Below, piece by piece: positions 1 through 11,073 of a stretch of 29,761 nucleotides of DNA (the first letter of the stretch is position 1; every line of letters begins with the position of its first letter). The notes beneath the pieces were generated by a model. It did no database searches, was not told where the DNA came from, and saw only the letters and a program-made list of their open reading frames with translations. The stretch is taken from contig NW_021833152.1 of NCBI RefSeq assembly GCF_006345805.1, forward strand, positions 1 to 29,761, read 5' to 3'. A program made the translations under genes and the position numbers. The DNA is from Octopus sinensis. Lineage: Eukaryota.

Positions 1-64
1 CAACTTACAGGTCAAATCCTACCTAGGTCAACTTCGAGTCAATATAGTAATACGTATTACTATA

Positions 65-294
65 GGCGGCGAGCTGGCAGAAACGTTAGCACGCCGGGCG
101 AAATGCTTAGCGGTATTTCGTCTGCGCTACGTTGTGAGTTCAAATTCCGCCGAGGTCGACTTTGCCTTTCATTCTTTCGTGGTCGATAAATTAAGTACCA
201 GTTACGCACTGGGGTCGATGTAATCGACTTAATATCTATGTCTGTCCTTGTTTGTCCCCTCTGTGTTTAGCCCCTTGTGGGTAATAAAGAAATA
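65..294 (+). mobile_element. tRNA-derived SINE, family A (tail type A1), full length
   Basis: Head GGCGGCGAGCTGGCAGAAACGTTAGC with B-box-like GAGTTCAAATTCC; tail ...CCCCTTGTGGGTAATAAAGAAATA. Near-identical copies at 3488, 12938, 15086 and 15498. 16-bp direct repeat AATATAGTAATACGTA at 41-56 and 295-310. Confidence 0.9.
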
Positions 295-474
295 AATATA
301 GTAATACGTAACCTATTCCATTCAGTGGTGGTAGCAAAATCTAGGGGCGATAGTTTTTCTATCTGTGTTTGCATTGCGATGTAAGAAACACTTGCAATGC
401 ACTACATTATGTGTTTGTGCGCACGCGCTTGTATTAATATATATATATATATGTGTGTAAATGCGTATACGTGT

Positions 475-734
475 GGAGGCGCGTGGCTTAGTGGTTAGGG
501 TGTCAGCATCATGATCGTAAGATTGTGGTTTCGATTCCTGGACCGGGCCACGCGTTGTGTTCTTGAGCAAAACACTTCATTTCACGCTGCTCCAGTCCAC
601 TCAGCTGGCAAATATGAATAATGCTGCATTGGACTGGCGTCCCGTCCAGCTGGGGAACACATACGCCATTGAAACCGGAAAACCGGGCCCATGAGCCTGG
701 CTGGGCTTTAAAAGGGCGCATTTATTATTTTTAT
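475..734 (+). mobile_element. tRNA-derived SINE, family B (body B1, tail T1)
   Basis: A-box-like TGGCTTAGTGG and B-box-like GGTTTCGATTCC. Flanked by TSD TAAATGCGTATAYGTG (458-473 and 735-750, 15/16 match). Confidence 0.88.
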
Positions 735-829
735 TAAATGCGTATATGTGCATGCATGTATGTATGTACGTACATACACACACACACACATACATACATA
801 CATACAATACATGCATGCATGCATGCATA

Positions 830-1250
830 GGCGCAGGAGTGGCTGTGTGGTAAGTAGCTTGCTAACCAACCACATGGTTCTGGGTTCAGTCCCACTGCGT
901 GGCATCTTGGGCAAGTGTCTTCTACTATAGCCTCGGGCCGACCAGTGCCTTGTGAGTGGATTTGGCAGACGGAAACTGAAAGAAGCCTGTCGTATATATG
1001 TATATATATATATGTATGTGTGTGTGTTTGTGTGTGTGTGTTTGTGTGTCTGTGTTTGTCTCCCTAGCATTGCTTGACAACCGATGCTGGTGTGTTTACG
1101 TACCCGTCACTTAGCGGTTCGGCAAAAGAGACCGATAGAATAAGTACTGGGCTTACAAAGAATAAGTCCCGGGGTCGATTTGCTCGACTAAAGGCGGTGC
1201 TCCAGCATGGCCGCAGTCAAATGACTGAAACAAGTAAAAGAGTAAAAGAG
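830..1250 (+). mobile_element. tRNA-derived SINE, family C, full length with internal (TA)/(TG) microsatellite
   Basis: Head GGCGCAGGAGTGGCTGTGTGGTAAG, B-box-like GGTTCAGTCC, CTTGGGCAAGTGTC segment, tail GAAACAAGTAAAAGAGTAAAAGAG. Homologs at 6827 (+) and 10354 (-). Confidence 0.9.
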
Positions 1251-1363
1251 TATATATATATGTGTGTGTATGCGCACGTGGGAGTGTGTGTGTGAGCGTG
1301 TGTGTTTGTATGTGTTCTTGTGTGTGTGTGTCTGTGTGTGTGTGTGTGGTGTGTGTGTGTGTG

Positions 1364-1603
1364 TGGTAAGAAGTTTGCTTTCCAACTGCTTGATTCGAGT
1401 TTCAGTGCCACTGCTACAACCTTGGAACGACTAAAGCTTTGTGTGTGGATTTCTGAGTGGATTTTGTTGATGCATATAGGCGCATCCGGGTTGTGTTGTA
1501 AGGAGTTCTGGCTTCAGTCCCGCTGCGTGACACCTTGCGCAAATGTCCTCTACTACTAAAGCTTCGGGCCGACCAAAGATCTGGTAGATGGAAACTGAAA
1601 GAA
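1364..1603 (+). mobile_element. Two degenerate 5' halves of family C SINE (about 1364-1470 and 1479-1603)
   Basis: GGTAAGAAGTTTGCTTTCCAAC...; GGCGCA...TTCAGTCCCGCTGCGTGACACCTTGCGCAAATGTC...GGAAACTGAAAGAA align to the head of the 830 copy. Confidence 0.7.
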
Positions 1604-1942
1604 CATCTCTCTGACTAATCAAACGAAAATATCAAAAAACAACAACAACAATGAATGTCTAATTTCCCTCCTTTTAAACGTGTGTTTGTGTTTCTATTGT
1701 GCGTAAATACAGCAGATATGTATGTAATACCGATTTGTGTGTACGTGTGTGTGTGTAATACCGACCAGGTGTAATACTGAATGTGTGTAATAACCGACTG
1801 TTGTGTGTGTGTGTGTGGTTTGTGTGTGTGTGTGTGTATGTAATACCGACCTTTTGTCAATGAATATTGGGCTGCAATTAGCCATACATACTTAATAGAA
1901 TTCGTTTTTCAGTCAGACATACTACAAATTGCTGCCAATGCG

Positions 1943-1944
<2 letters not shown>

Positions 1945-1999
<55 letters not shown>

Positions 2000-2025
2000 A
2001 CGCATACACACGCACACACAAACAC
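1945..2025. repeat. (CA)n microsatellite
   Basis: Directly visible. Confidence 0.97.
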
Positions 2026-2601
2026 ATCACTTATCCCATTTATATCTCCCATCAGTTTCCACAAGGAGTAATCGTGCGTTCAGGGAATAAAACTTACTCG
2101 TTATATTAAAGCGTGTATATATGATTGAGTATTCCGCAGACAAATGGAGGATGAGGATGAGAAGGGGGAGGAGATGAAGAGGGACAGGGAATGAGGAGGT
2201 GCAGGGGATGAGGAGGGGAGGAAGACATGCTGGTGAGTGCAATGTGTAACTTTTTAACTAAGTCATTTTCCACCGTTACTTAGCCCGTCTGTAACGCTTT
2301 TATGTGATTAGTTGAAGGGAAAGGCGAGGGGCGAAAGAAAAAGGAGAGAGAAAAAGAAGGTAAGGCAAAGAGTGAGAGCGAAAACGAGAGAGTGTTGTCT
2401 ATAAAATTGTGCATAAAGTGTTTATATAAGGTGCATTAAGTAATCATTGTATTCCATTTTCCTTCACTTTTCAGTGAATAGCTGATGAGCGACTATCTTT
2501 TCATACAGAAACAACACAGGCTATACGCTTTCAGTTTTTTTGGACGATGTTTTCAGAGATAAACCAACTTTATTTGTTTATTTTCATTGGTAAGTTGAAT
2601 T

Positions 2602-2722
<121 letters not shown>

Positions 2723-2750
2723 ACGTCTATATATGCATTATTCACACACA

Positions 2751-3445
2751 TTCGAGTGTTGTCCCGAAAGCTATGCAAAAGTGAGCATTACTTTTTCATT
2801 AAATTGCATAGGTCGTTCTAATTGCACATGCTAACAAAATATCTCATCCTTTATACAAACGTACAGTTCAGCTATTCGACACCAACTTTGAATCCAACTC
2901 TTGAATCTTTTTTCCAAAACGTCTGGTGTCTACTGCTGTAACCGCTTCTTCACAACGATTTTCACCTCGTCCATGTCAAGTCGTTGTGCTTGCTTTCACC
3001 AAAGAGTGCATGTCGAAAGGCACTAAATCTTGGCTGTACGGAGTGTCACGGCCTACAAACCAGCCCAGTTTTCCCATCATTTGTTTCCAAAGATGTGTCC
3101 ATGAATATGCTTTGTCATGGAGATGGTGAATCGTTTTCAGACTCTTGTTCAGTTTCATTATTATTATTCCTTTTTCCTTTTCATGCCTTTTCTAAGCTCT
3201 TTGAGTGTCTCAACGTACCATTTGCTCTCCACGGTACAGCCATGTTCCAGAAAATGAAGGGCAATGACGTCCGTCTCATTCTTCCATAACAATCACTGTG
3301 TATTTCTGTGCCGATCGCTGGCTCTTGGACTTTTTAGGGATTGCAGAAGACATGAGATGCTATTCCATGGACTGATCTTTCGTTTCCGGATCATAAAGAC
3401 ACTCATGCATTTTATCCTCTGTCATCAGATTGGAAACCTGAACAC
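2751..3445 (-). mobile_element. Decayed mariner (Tc1/mariner) element: C-terminal part of transposase plus terminal region
   Basis: Minus-strand translation, with stops and frameshifts, gives LMTEDK..LYDPETKDQSME*..PKKSK, GCTVESKWYVETLKELRK, and DTPYSQDLVPFDMHSL (mariner YSPDLAPSD-like motif). 2751-2866 aligns with 6590-6705. Confidence 0.85.
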
Positions 3446-3487
3446 CACATACGTACACATTCACCCCGATATTATAATATATATATC

Positions 3488-3717
3488 TATTTCTTTACTA
3501 CCCACAAGGGGCTAAACACAGAGGGGACAAACAAGGACAGACAAATGGATTAAGTCGATTATATCGACCCCAGTGCGTAACTGGTACTTATTTAATCGAC
3601 CTCGAAAGGATGACAGGCTAAGTCGACCTCGGCGGAATTTGAACTCAGAACGTAGCGGCAGACGAAATACTGCTAAGCATTTCGCCCGGCGTGCTAACGT
3701 TTCTGCCAGCTCGCCGC
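3488..3717 (-). mobile_element. SINE family A (tail A1), full length
   Basis: Reverse complement of the 65-294 type. Confidence 0.9.
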
Positions 3718-3961
3718 AACCCACTTAACACATATTCTACACACAATCACCACCCGACATTACAGCATACTTAGTTTCAATTATGGTATTATACGCTTTA
3801 GTTAATCCTAAACCCTGATCGAAGCTAATCTTTGATCAAACTGATTAATTAGTATTTACCCATCTTAAGGTAACGTTTTAAGAAAATCGTTACATCGTCG
3901 GTGAGAATGCTTTGTGGCCTGCGATTCGAGTTCAAATCCAACCGAGATCAGCTTCGTTTCT

Positions 3962-4183
3962 AAGGTAGCAAGCTGGCTGATTCGTTACCGCGCTGGGGTA
4001 ATTGTTTAGCGGCATTTCATCCGTCTTTACGTTCTGATTTCAGACTCCGCTGAGGTCAACTTTGCTTTCCCTTCTTTCAGGGTCGATAAAATAAGTACCA
4101 GTTGAGTGCTGAGGTCGATGTAATCGACTTATCTCCTTCCTCCGAAATTGTTTACCTTGTGCCAAAATTTGAAAGCAATATTT
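3962..4183 (+). mobile_element. SINE family A (tail A2), diverged
   Basis: Diverged A head and body, GTCGATGTAATCGAC motif, tail CCTTGTGCCAAAATTTGAAA. Confidence 0.82.
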
Positions 4184-5038
4184 AACCATCTAAGAAGCAA
4201 ATTGAAATGAATTACAAAACAGATTATGTTCTCTATACGAAGCTAATTCTATCTCGTTGCTCCATCTTTCTAACTACTCGATTACCACCTTTTTGGCAAC
4301 GAACTTAACTTTAAAACTTTTCTCTACATACGAACCCTTACTTCAGATAACTTTTGAAGAACGGAACGAACAGGAGAAAGATTTAAACAGTGACATAAAA
4401 TTTATGTCTTGAGAAACCAGGTTGATTTATCGGGTAGATTGAAGTTTGATTGGCCTAGATTCAAAGATAAGTTTCGGGAATAAGTAAAAGAAAGGCACCA
4501 CATGCACGAAGAAAATGAGTCGAGTTCGAGTTATCATTGCGGGGTAACATCAAAATGCCAACCAGAAATTATATATCAAGGAAGAAAAAAAAAAGGTCGG
4601 GGGGAGAAAAAAGAAAACAATTTTAGTCAATGACTAATGTAGTTCTAATTATTTTGGTAAACACGAAAGACAACTCAGGATATGTTTCGGCTTCGTTAAG
4701 ACTTGATCAGTAAAGCATAAATTTTAATGTAAGTAAATCTGAATTTGATTTATTTATTCTGTAATCAATTCTATTTTTATCCTCAATCAACATGCAATAC
4801 TTTTACCCCTAGTCAGTCCTATAGGGTACTTTTTGGTTAAGAAAATAGCAGAAATGGTGATAATGTTACAAAACCATCTCTATAAATAGATAGTTATATA
4901 AATAAAAAGAGGGCAATAAAATTATTGATAGAAGATTTAAATAAAATGCGATATGGCATTTATAGAAGGGATGGCCATAAAATACAGTTAATGGGAAGAC
5001 ACTAGAGGAGTTACTATGAGGTAAAAGGAGGCGGTGTG

Positions 5039-5340
5039 AAGGTGCAATGGCCCAATGGTTAGGGCAGGGGACTCGCAGTCGGAGGATCGCGGTTTCGATT
5101 CCCAGACCGGGCGTTATGTCTGTTTATTGAGCAAAAACACCGAAAAGCTCCACGAGGCTCCGGCAGGGGGTGGTGGCGGTCCCTGTTGTACTCTTTCGCC
5201 ACAACTTTCTCTCACTCTCTCTTCCTGTTTCTTGAGTAGCGCTGCGATGGACTGGCGTCCAGTCCAGCTGGGGGGAACACATATGCCACAGAAACTGGGA
5301 AACCGAGCCCATGAGCCTGGCTAGGCTTGAGAAGGGCGAC
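5039..5340 (+). mobile_element. SINE family B (body B2, tail T1)
   Basis: TGGCCCAATGGTTAGGGC...GGTTTCGATTCCC head. Body shared with the 25941 copy, tail shared with the 475 copy. Possible TSD TAAAAGGAGRCGG (5022-5034 and 5350-5362). Confidence 0.87.
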
Positions 5341-5386
5341 GTTTACCGTTAAAAGGAGACGGAAATTAAAGAACTTTTGAAAAATT

Positions 5387-5577
5387 GGTTTCAAATTTTG
5401 ACACAAGGCCAGCAATTTTAGGAGTGGGACTAAGTCGATTACGTCGACTCCGGTGCTCAACTAGTACTTATTTTATCGACCCTGAAAGAATGAGAGGTAA
5501 ATTCGACCTCGGCGGAATTTGAACTCCGAACATAAAGACAGACAAAATACTGCTAAGTATTTTGCCAGCTCACCGCC
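5387..5577 (-). mobile_element. SINE family A (tail A2), internal deletion in head
   Basis: Reverse complement of the A head, body and A2 tail. Confidence 0.83.
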
Positions 5578-6589
5578 TTTTTAAAACATTATAATGAAGG
5601 AAATGGTCAACATTAGGCATTGCACTTGTTATTCATGAGATCAAGTTCATATACCGCAAGAAAACAACAGGGAGAGAATGTTTTGTAAATGGAACTTAAA
5701 ACATGTTTACGAGAAATGCAGAAAATGCGGATCCGATTCATTAAATTTGGCTAACCAAGTTTTAAAGGAAAATCCCCAGACTGACGGGACCAGTAAATGA
5801 AACTCCTTTGAAAACATTCCATGGTTATAATGGTAGAAAAGGGCCAGGCTTGCCTCATTAAATCGATAATAGAGCTGTTGAAATGGCAAAAAGAGCACAT
5901 CATCAACTGGATTAGACATTCGAGTTTGCAGTCTGCTAAAATCTTCCCAAATAAGCCAGCAATGGATCCGTCAGAAGAAAGAACAGAAGAGACTGATATG
6001 CATTCTCCAAATCCAATCTGTTAGCAGCATGGTGCAGATTTATAAGACAACCCCGAATTCTTCATGCGAGATGCATTATTTTGATGATGGGTATCAGCAT
6101 CGACAATTCAACCAATACACCACCTCAAACCACATATTTACAAGTGCCAGGGACTCTCTTAACTCAAAACGTCGCTTTGTTAGCGACCGGCTTAAACTCT
6201 CATAAAAAGAGCTTAAATAAAACTCAAAGAAAAACACTCACAAATACACATATACTTACACACACGCACACACACACACACATACATGTATATATATGAT
6301 AGATCGTTTGCCACTACACACATTTTTTCTCTCCGTTTTCTCTCTCCATTTTTTCTCTTCTTTTTTTCTCTCCTTGTTTCTCTCCTTGTTTTTTCTGTGT
6401 CCCTTTCTGTAGAAGAGCGTAGGCTCGAAACGCAAAAGACTTTTTCTATTCCTGAGCGTTATACTAATACATCTGTTTGTTTTGTACACCACCTGTCTTC
6501 GTCTTTTGTTTTTTTCGTAAACTCTCCCTGTATATGCATATATAGATATATATGTACATATATACAGCACACATACTTGCATATACATA

Positions 6590-6790
6590 CACGAAGGTGG
6601 TCCCAAAAGTAATGAAAAAGTGACTATAACTTTTTAATTAGCCTTGATCATTCTAATTGCGCATGTTGATAGAGTATCTCTCCTGTTATACCAACGTACT
6701 ACCGCAAGAAATGTAGGTCGTGGATCTAACGCTGGAAGAATTCCAGATGTTAGAAACACTTTTGAATGGTAGAACAAACTCACGTTTCTA
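6590..6790. mobile_element. Mariner terminal fragment (TIR plus subterminal region)
   Basis: TA followed by CACGAAGGTGGTCCCAAAAGTAATGAAAAAGTG...TTCTAATTGCGCATG...ATACCAACGTAC aligns over about 115 bp with the end of the mariner relic at 2751-2866. Confidence 0.7.
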
Positions 6791-6826
6791 AAAATTTTTC
6801 ATAATAGGCTATAATAGGCTATAATA

Positions 6827-7180
6827 GGCGCAGGCGTGGCTGTGTGGTAAGAAGTTTGCTTACTAACCACATGGTTCCGGGTTCAGTCTCACTGTGTGGC
6901 AAGTGTCTTCTGCTATAGGCTCGGGCTGACCAAAGCCTTGTGAGTGGATATACTTGCGTGTCTATGCTTGTCCCCTACCACCATCGCTTGACAACCGATG
7001 TTGGTGTGTTTACGTCCCCGTAACCTAGCGGTTCGGCAAAAGAGACCGGTAGAACAAGTACTAAGCACTAAGTTTACAAAAAAACAAGTCCTGGGGTTGA
7101 TTTGTTCGACTAAAGGGGATGCTCCAGCATGGCTGCAGTCAAATAACTGAAACAAGTACAAGAATAAAAGAAGAAAAGAA
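6827..7180 (+). mobile_element. SINE family C with internal deletions (central microsatellite missing)
   Basis: Aligns with 830-1250; GTGGCA[tcttgggca]AGTGTC deletion at a GGCA microhomology. Confidence 0.88.
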
Positions 7181-7754
7181 TCTCAAAATCAGGTGTCTTA
7201 AATTCCCACCTGAAGGAAACTCCTTCAAAGTAATCCACTCGATCGAAATAGAAAAAAGTCAAGAATTTTAGAAAGTGGTGGAAAAGTACTAGGTTGGTTT
7301 GGGGAACATTAGATATAAGAAACCAGTTGTTTTCCTATAGTATGAACCGAGTTAGATCACTGAATAGGTCTGCTAATAGGTCCAAGACTGAAATTCTGAG
7401 AAGTAAGACTAAAGTGGCACCGTCAGTAAATAGGTCAATGATCTAATTGCTTTGACAGGTGAATTATTTATAGACATCAGAAATATTGCATGTTTCAGAA
7501 CAGATCCCTTAGAACATAACTTTCACGAATTTATTTGAAGAGAGACCTATAACGGAAATTTTCAGACTGTTTCTCGTTAGGTGGGAATGCTTGTACTTTT
7601 ATGGAAAAATTATAGTGAATTAGGATATAATAACACAATATTGAAAGGGAGAGCACACACACACACACACATACACACAAAATAGCAATGTTGAAAATGT
7701 CATAAAAAGAAATACCCAATTCAGCTAAAAAAATCAATTATGATCAAGGTGTCT

Positions 7755-8660
7755 CCTCTAAAGAGGTTTGTAGGGAAGTATCTGTCGTGGAGAGGATATA
7801 TATTCTAAGATTATGTAGGGATGGTTTGTTTAGCGGAGGGTGTACATTCCAATTTCTTGCGGAAGAGTGTTTGTAGTAAAGTTTACACATTTCAAAAGTT
7901 TGTGACAGACAACTTTTCACATTCCATATTATGTAGGGATATGCTTCTCTTAGATAACATACACACTGATTTCAAATTTTGGCACAGACCAACAATTACG
8001 GGCTACATCGATGTAATCCATTCCAATGCTCGACTGATACTTTTATCGCTTCCGAAAGAATGAAAGACAAAGTCGACTCCGGTGGCATTTAAACTTAGAA
8101 TGTAAAGATGGGCGAAATGCCACTAAGCATTTTGCCGGCGTGCTAAAGATTCTGCTGGCTCGCCACCTAAGATAACATTCACATTGAAAATGGTTACAGG
8201 ACGTTGTCAGCGATTTTGTGATAGATAAGTCATTCATTTCAAGCTAAAGGGAAATGATTTTTTGAGAGGTTATACATAATAAGGTGTGTGTAGAATCCGT
8301 AATAGAAGGGTTATGCATATGACGTAAGGAGAAGTCCGTTATAGAGAAGTTATGCAGACTAAAATGTAGGAAAGAGTCTGTTATAGAGAGCTAAACATAA
8401 TAGGAAGTGGGGGAGAGTACATTATAAAGAGGTTGTACTAAGTAAGATGTGAGGAAGGTTGCGTTATAGAGAAGTTATACGGACTAAAATATAGGGCATA
8501 ATCTGTTATAGAGAGTTTATACAAACTACTAAGATGTAAGGAAGAGTGTGTTATAGAGAAGTTTACCCACTGCAAGAGTTTGTAGCGAAATGTCTTTCAG
8601 AAAGAGATTACACATTCCAAGGTGTAGGAAGGAAGTGTTTGTCACAGTTACATTATAATT
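7755..8660. repeat. Degenerate 42-45 bp minisatellite in two blocks (about 7755-7945 and 8250-8660) split by a SINE
   Basis: GTTATAGAGA-like motif at 8299, 8338, 8380, 8421, 8463, 8505 and 8550; TGTAGGG-like units at 7769, 7814 and 7858. Confidence 0.75.
7968..8167 (-). mobile_element. SINE family A (tail A2), old
   Basis: Reverse complement of the A head (CTGCTGGCTCGCCACC) and tail (GATTTCAAATTTTGGCACA). Confidence 0.8.
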
Positions 8661-8750
8661 TGTTGAAGGGAAGAATGTCATAAGCTTGTTATTCTATATT
8701 TCGTGTCTGTCATAGTGAGGTCACACCGCAAGATTTTTGATTCCATACAT

Positions 8751-9341
8751 AAAGTAATGGAATACTGTCAGAAGGAATCCGATTACGTTCCTAGAAGGAA
8801 AGAGTTTGCTCACTGACATGCAGCATGACTGCCATTCAGGAAGGAACGGTTTCACATAGTTACTGCAGCATTATGATTGGTTACTGAAACAGCAGCTTAA
8901 CAATTTATATAAAAAGGAACGACTGTATGACTTTTTTAAAAAAAAAAGATATGAGTCAGGTAGTTGCATGCTAACGGTGCCCCACCCAGGAGGCATCAGT
9001 TCATAGTGGAGTCCCTCAAGGAACTATACTAAGACCACTGATGCTTGCTGTTGCTCTCTCATGCATGCCCACTGTCATACGGTTAGCCACTTTCAACAGT
9101 TACTCTGACAGTACGAAAATGTTATAGGCAAACAAGGACCCTGACGATACCACAAAAGCTACAGAAAGACCTAAAGGAATTCTAGAAGGCTGAAGAAAAC
9201 AAACATGCAGTTCAATGCTGGAAAATGTCAAGCGCTCTCTCATCCACCTACAAACAGACTGCAATTAGAATACACAGGGTCAGTGGATATTGCAATCTCG
9301 GAATCGGTGCATGACTTGGGAATCCACATGAGTAATGATAC
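8751..9341 (+). mobile_element. LINE reverse transcriptase relic (CR1/L2/Jockey-type)
   Basis: Translation with stops and frameshifts: LLTDMQHDCHSGR..T*LLQHYDWLLKQ, SGVPQGTILRPLML, YSDSTK (ADDTK position), MQFNAGKCQAL, VHDLGIHMSND. The DFxKAFD block appears deleted. Confidence 0.85.
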
Positions 9342-9347
9342 ATATAC

Positions 9348-9383
<36 letters not shown>

Positions 9384-9465
9384 GTATGTATATATGTATG
9401 TATGTATGTATGTATGTGTGTATGTATGTGTGTATGTATGTGTGTATGTATGTATGTATATATAC
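9340..9465. repeat. (TA)n(TATG)n compound microsatellite
   Basis: Directly visible; separates the LINE relic from the PLE fragment. Confidence 0.95.
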
Positions 9466-9713
9466 ACCTCATTAAGCAAGCTCATTTGGGAGCTTAATAA
9501 TAACAAAACTACAAACCAAAGTACAATATTAAATTATCAATATTGAGCAGTGCACTTCCTTACGAAGTACAGAAAACTAGGTGTGATCTTTGCTTAGAAG
9601 AGCCATCGTTAATACCTATTACCTCAGAGTATAACATCCTGAATAAGAGGCAAGAACTAGCGGGAAAATGTAAAGAATTTTACAACAAAACCTTTAGATT
9701 AGTCCCTCGATAA
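9466..9713 (+). mobile_element. Penelope-like element, C-terminal end of ORF (distal GIY-YIG region)
   Basis: TSLSKLIWEL, then after a frameshift ILSSALPYEVQKTRCDLCLEEPSLI...ILNKRQELAGKCKE..*; matches the PLE CxLCLxEK...LNKRxE...CRH C-terminal pattern. Confidence 0.78.
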
Positions 9714-10353
9714 TCAGTCATGTAAACAAGTGGATATGGTTACATCCGCACACTTTCCTAGTTCAATAGCATAGAGATAATGCATATTTAAATTTAATGG
9801 TAATTGTCAATTTTTTTTTAAATGCTTTAATCATAGATTTCCTCTCCTTGTCTCTTCTCTCAGTTTATTTGATAATAAGATATCCTTTGTATTTTTTATT
9901 TCTAATTTTTCATATATCCATTCTTCTATTCTTCCGTATTTTTATTTTCATGTTCATGTTTACTTTCGTTTTTGTTGCTTTTGTTTTCCTTTTGTTTTAT
10001 TTGATCTTGTTTAGAGTTTATTTTCTTCATCTAACACTTGTATAATTTACTCTAAGAGTCGTATCTTAGACACCTATTGCAGCTGTACTAATGATAACCT
10101 GTCCTATAATTTAGGATTACATGTGGTCTTAGTGTCACTGTTACTTTAATTGTTATCAATTATTTATTTATAATCTCTGATTGCAATACCTTGTAATTAA
10201 TTAGTTGATGCTTCAGGTTTAAAATAATTAGCAATACCACGCTTGCCTTTAGTTTGTATATTTGTAAATACTCCCCACTCCCACCTGGGTTTCAAAACAA
10301 ATGTGGTAGTAAACGCCAAAAGCCCGCCAGTAACCATCGATAAGTTCTGGGAT

Positions 10354-10780
10354 CTCTTTTACTCTTTTACTTGTTTCAGTCATGTGACTGTGGCCATGCT
10401 GGAGCACCGCCTTTAGTCGAGCAAGTCGACTCCAGGACTTATTCTTTGTAAGCCTCATACTTATTCTATCGGTCCCTTTTTCCGAACCATTAAGTTACGG
10501 GGACGTAAATACACCAGCATCGGTTATCAAGCGATGTTGGGGGGACAAACACACACACACACACACACAAATACACACAGACATACACACACACACATAT
10601 ATATATATACATGTATACGACAAGCTTCTTTCAGTTTCCGTCTACCAAATCCACTCACAAGGCTTTGGTTGACCCGAGGCTATAGTAGAAGACACTTGCC
10701 CAAGGTGCCACACAGTGGGACTTAACCCGGAACCAAGTGGTTGATAAACAAGCTACTTACCACACAGCCACTCCTACCCC
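10354..10780 (-). mobile_element. SINE family C, full length
   Basis: Reverse complement of the 830-1250 type, including the internal microsatellite. Confidence 0.9.
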
Positions 10781-11073
10781 TATGATATCAAATTTCTTTA
10801 CTGAATGTCAATACTATTCACCCATGGCAAAAAGAGCAAACTCTTAAGGTTGATAGCTAGAAACAGGCGACACAGTTCTGTATAAGCACCACACTGACCA
10901 AATTCCATCGTGTCTTTTTTTCTTCTTTTTCTTTGGCAGCCTATTTACGTTAGCTCAGAGGAAGATATTCGGGGGATGGGACGGTTCCCTATATTTTCAG
11001 TCGATCGATCAATCGATAGATATAATTGAATCATAGACGTATCCAAATGCATATCTGTCCCTTATATAAATAT

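Noticed and set aside
1724-1850. CRISPR-like repeat-spacer array
   Set aside because: The repeat is only 10 nt, spacers are microsatellite, there are no cas genes and the context is eukaryotic.
2478-2530. Hammerhead ribozyme core (CTGATGAG...GAAAC)
   Set aside because: No stem II pairing and no NUH cleavage triplet in place; at most a decayed relic. A similar weak minus-strand match near 4680-4712 has a mutated core.
5700-6060. Short ORFs 5707-5919 and 5821-6024 as a gene or LINE piece
   Set aside because: No recognisable motif in any frame and several stops.
7200-7500. Possible APE endonuclease relic on the minus strand (SYI*CSPNQPSTF...)
   Set aside because: Only one weak motif resemblance; cannot be supported without a profile search.
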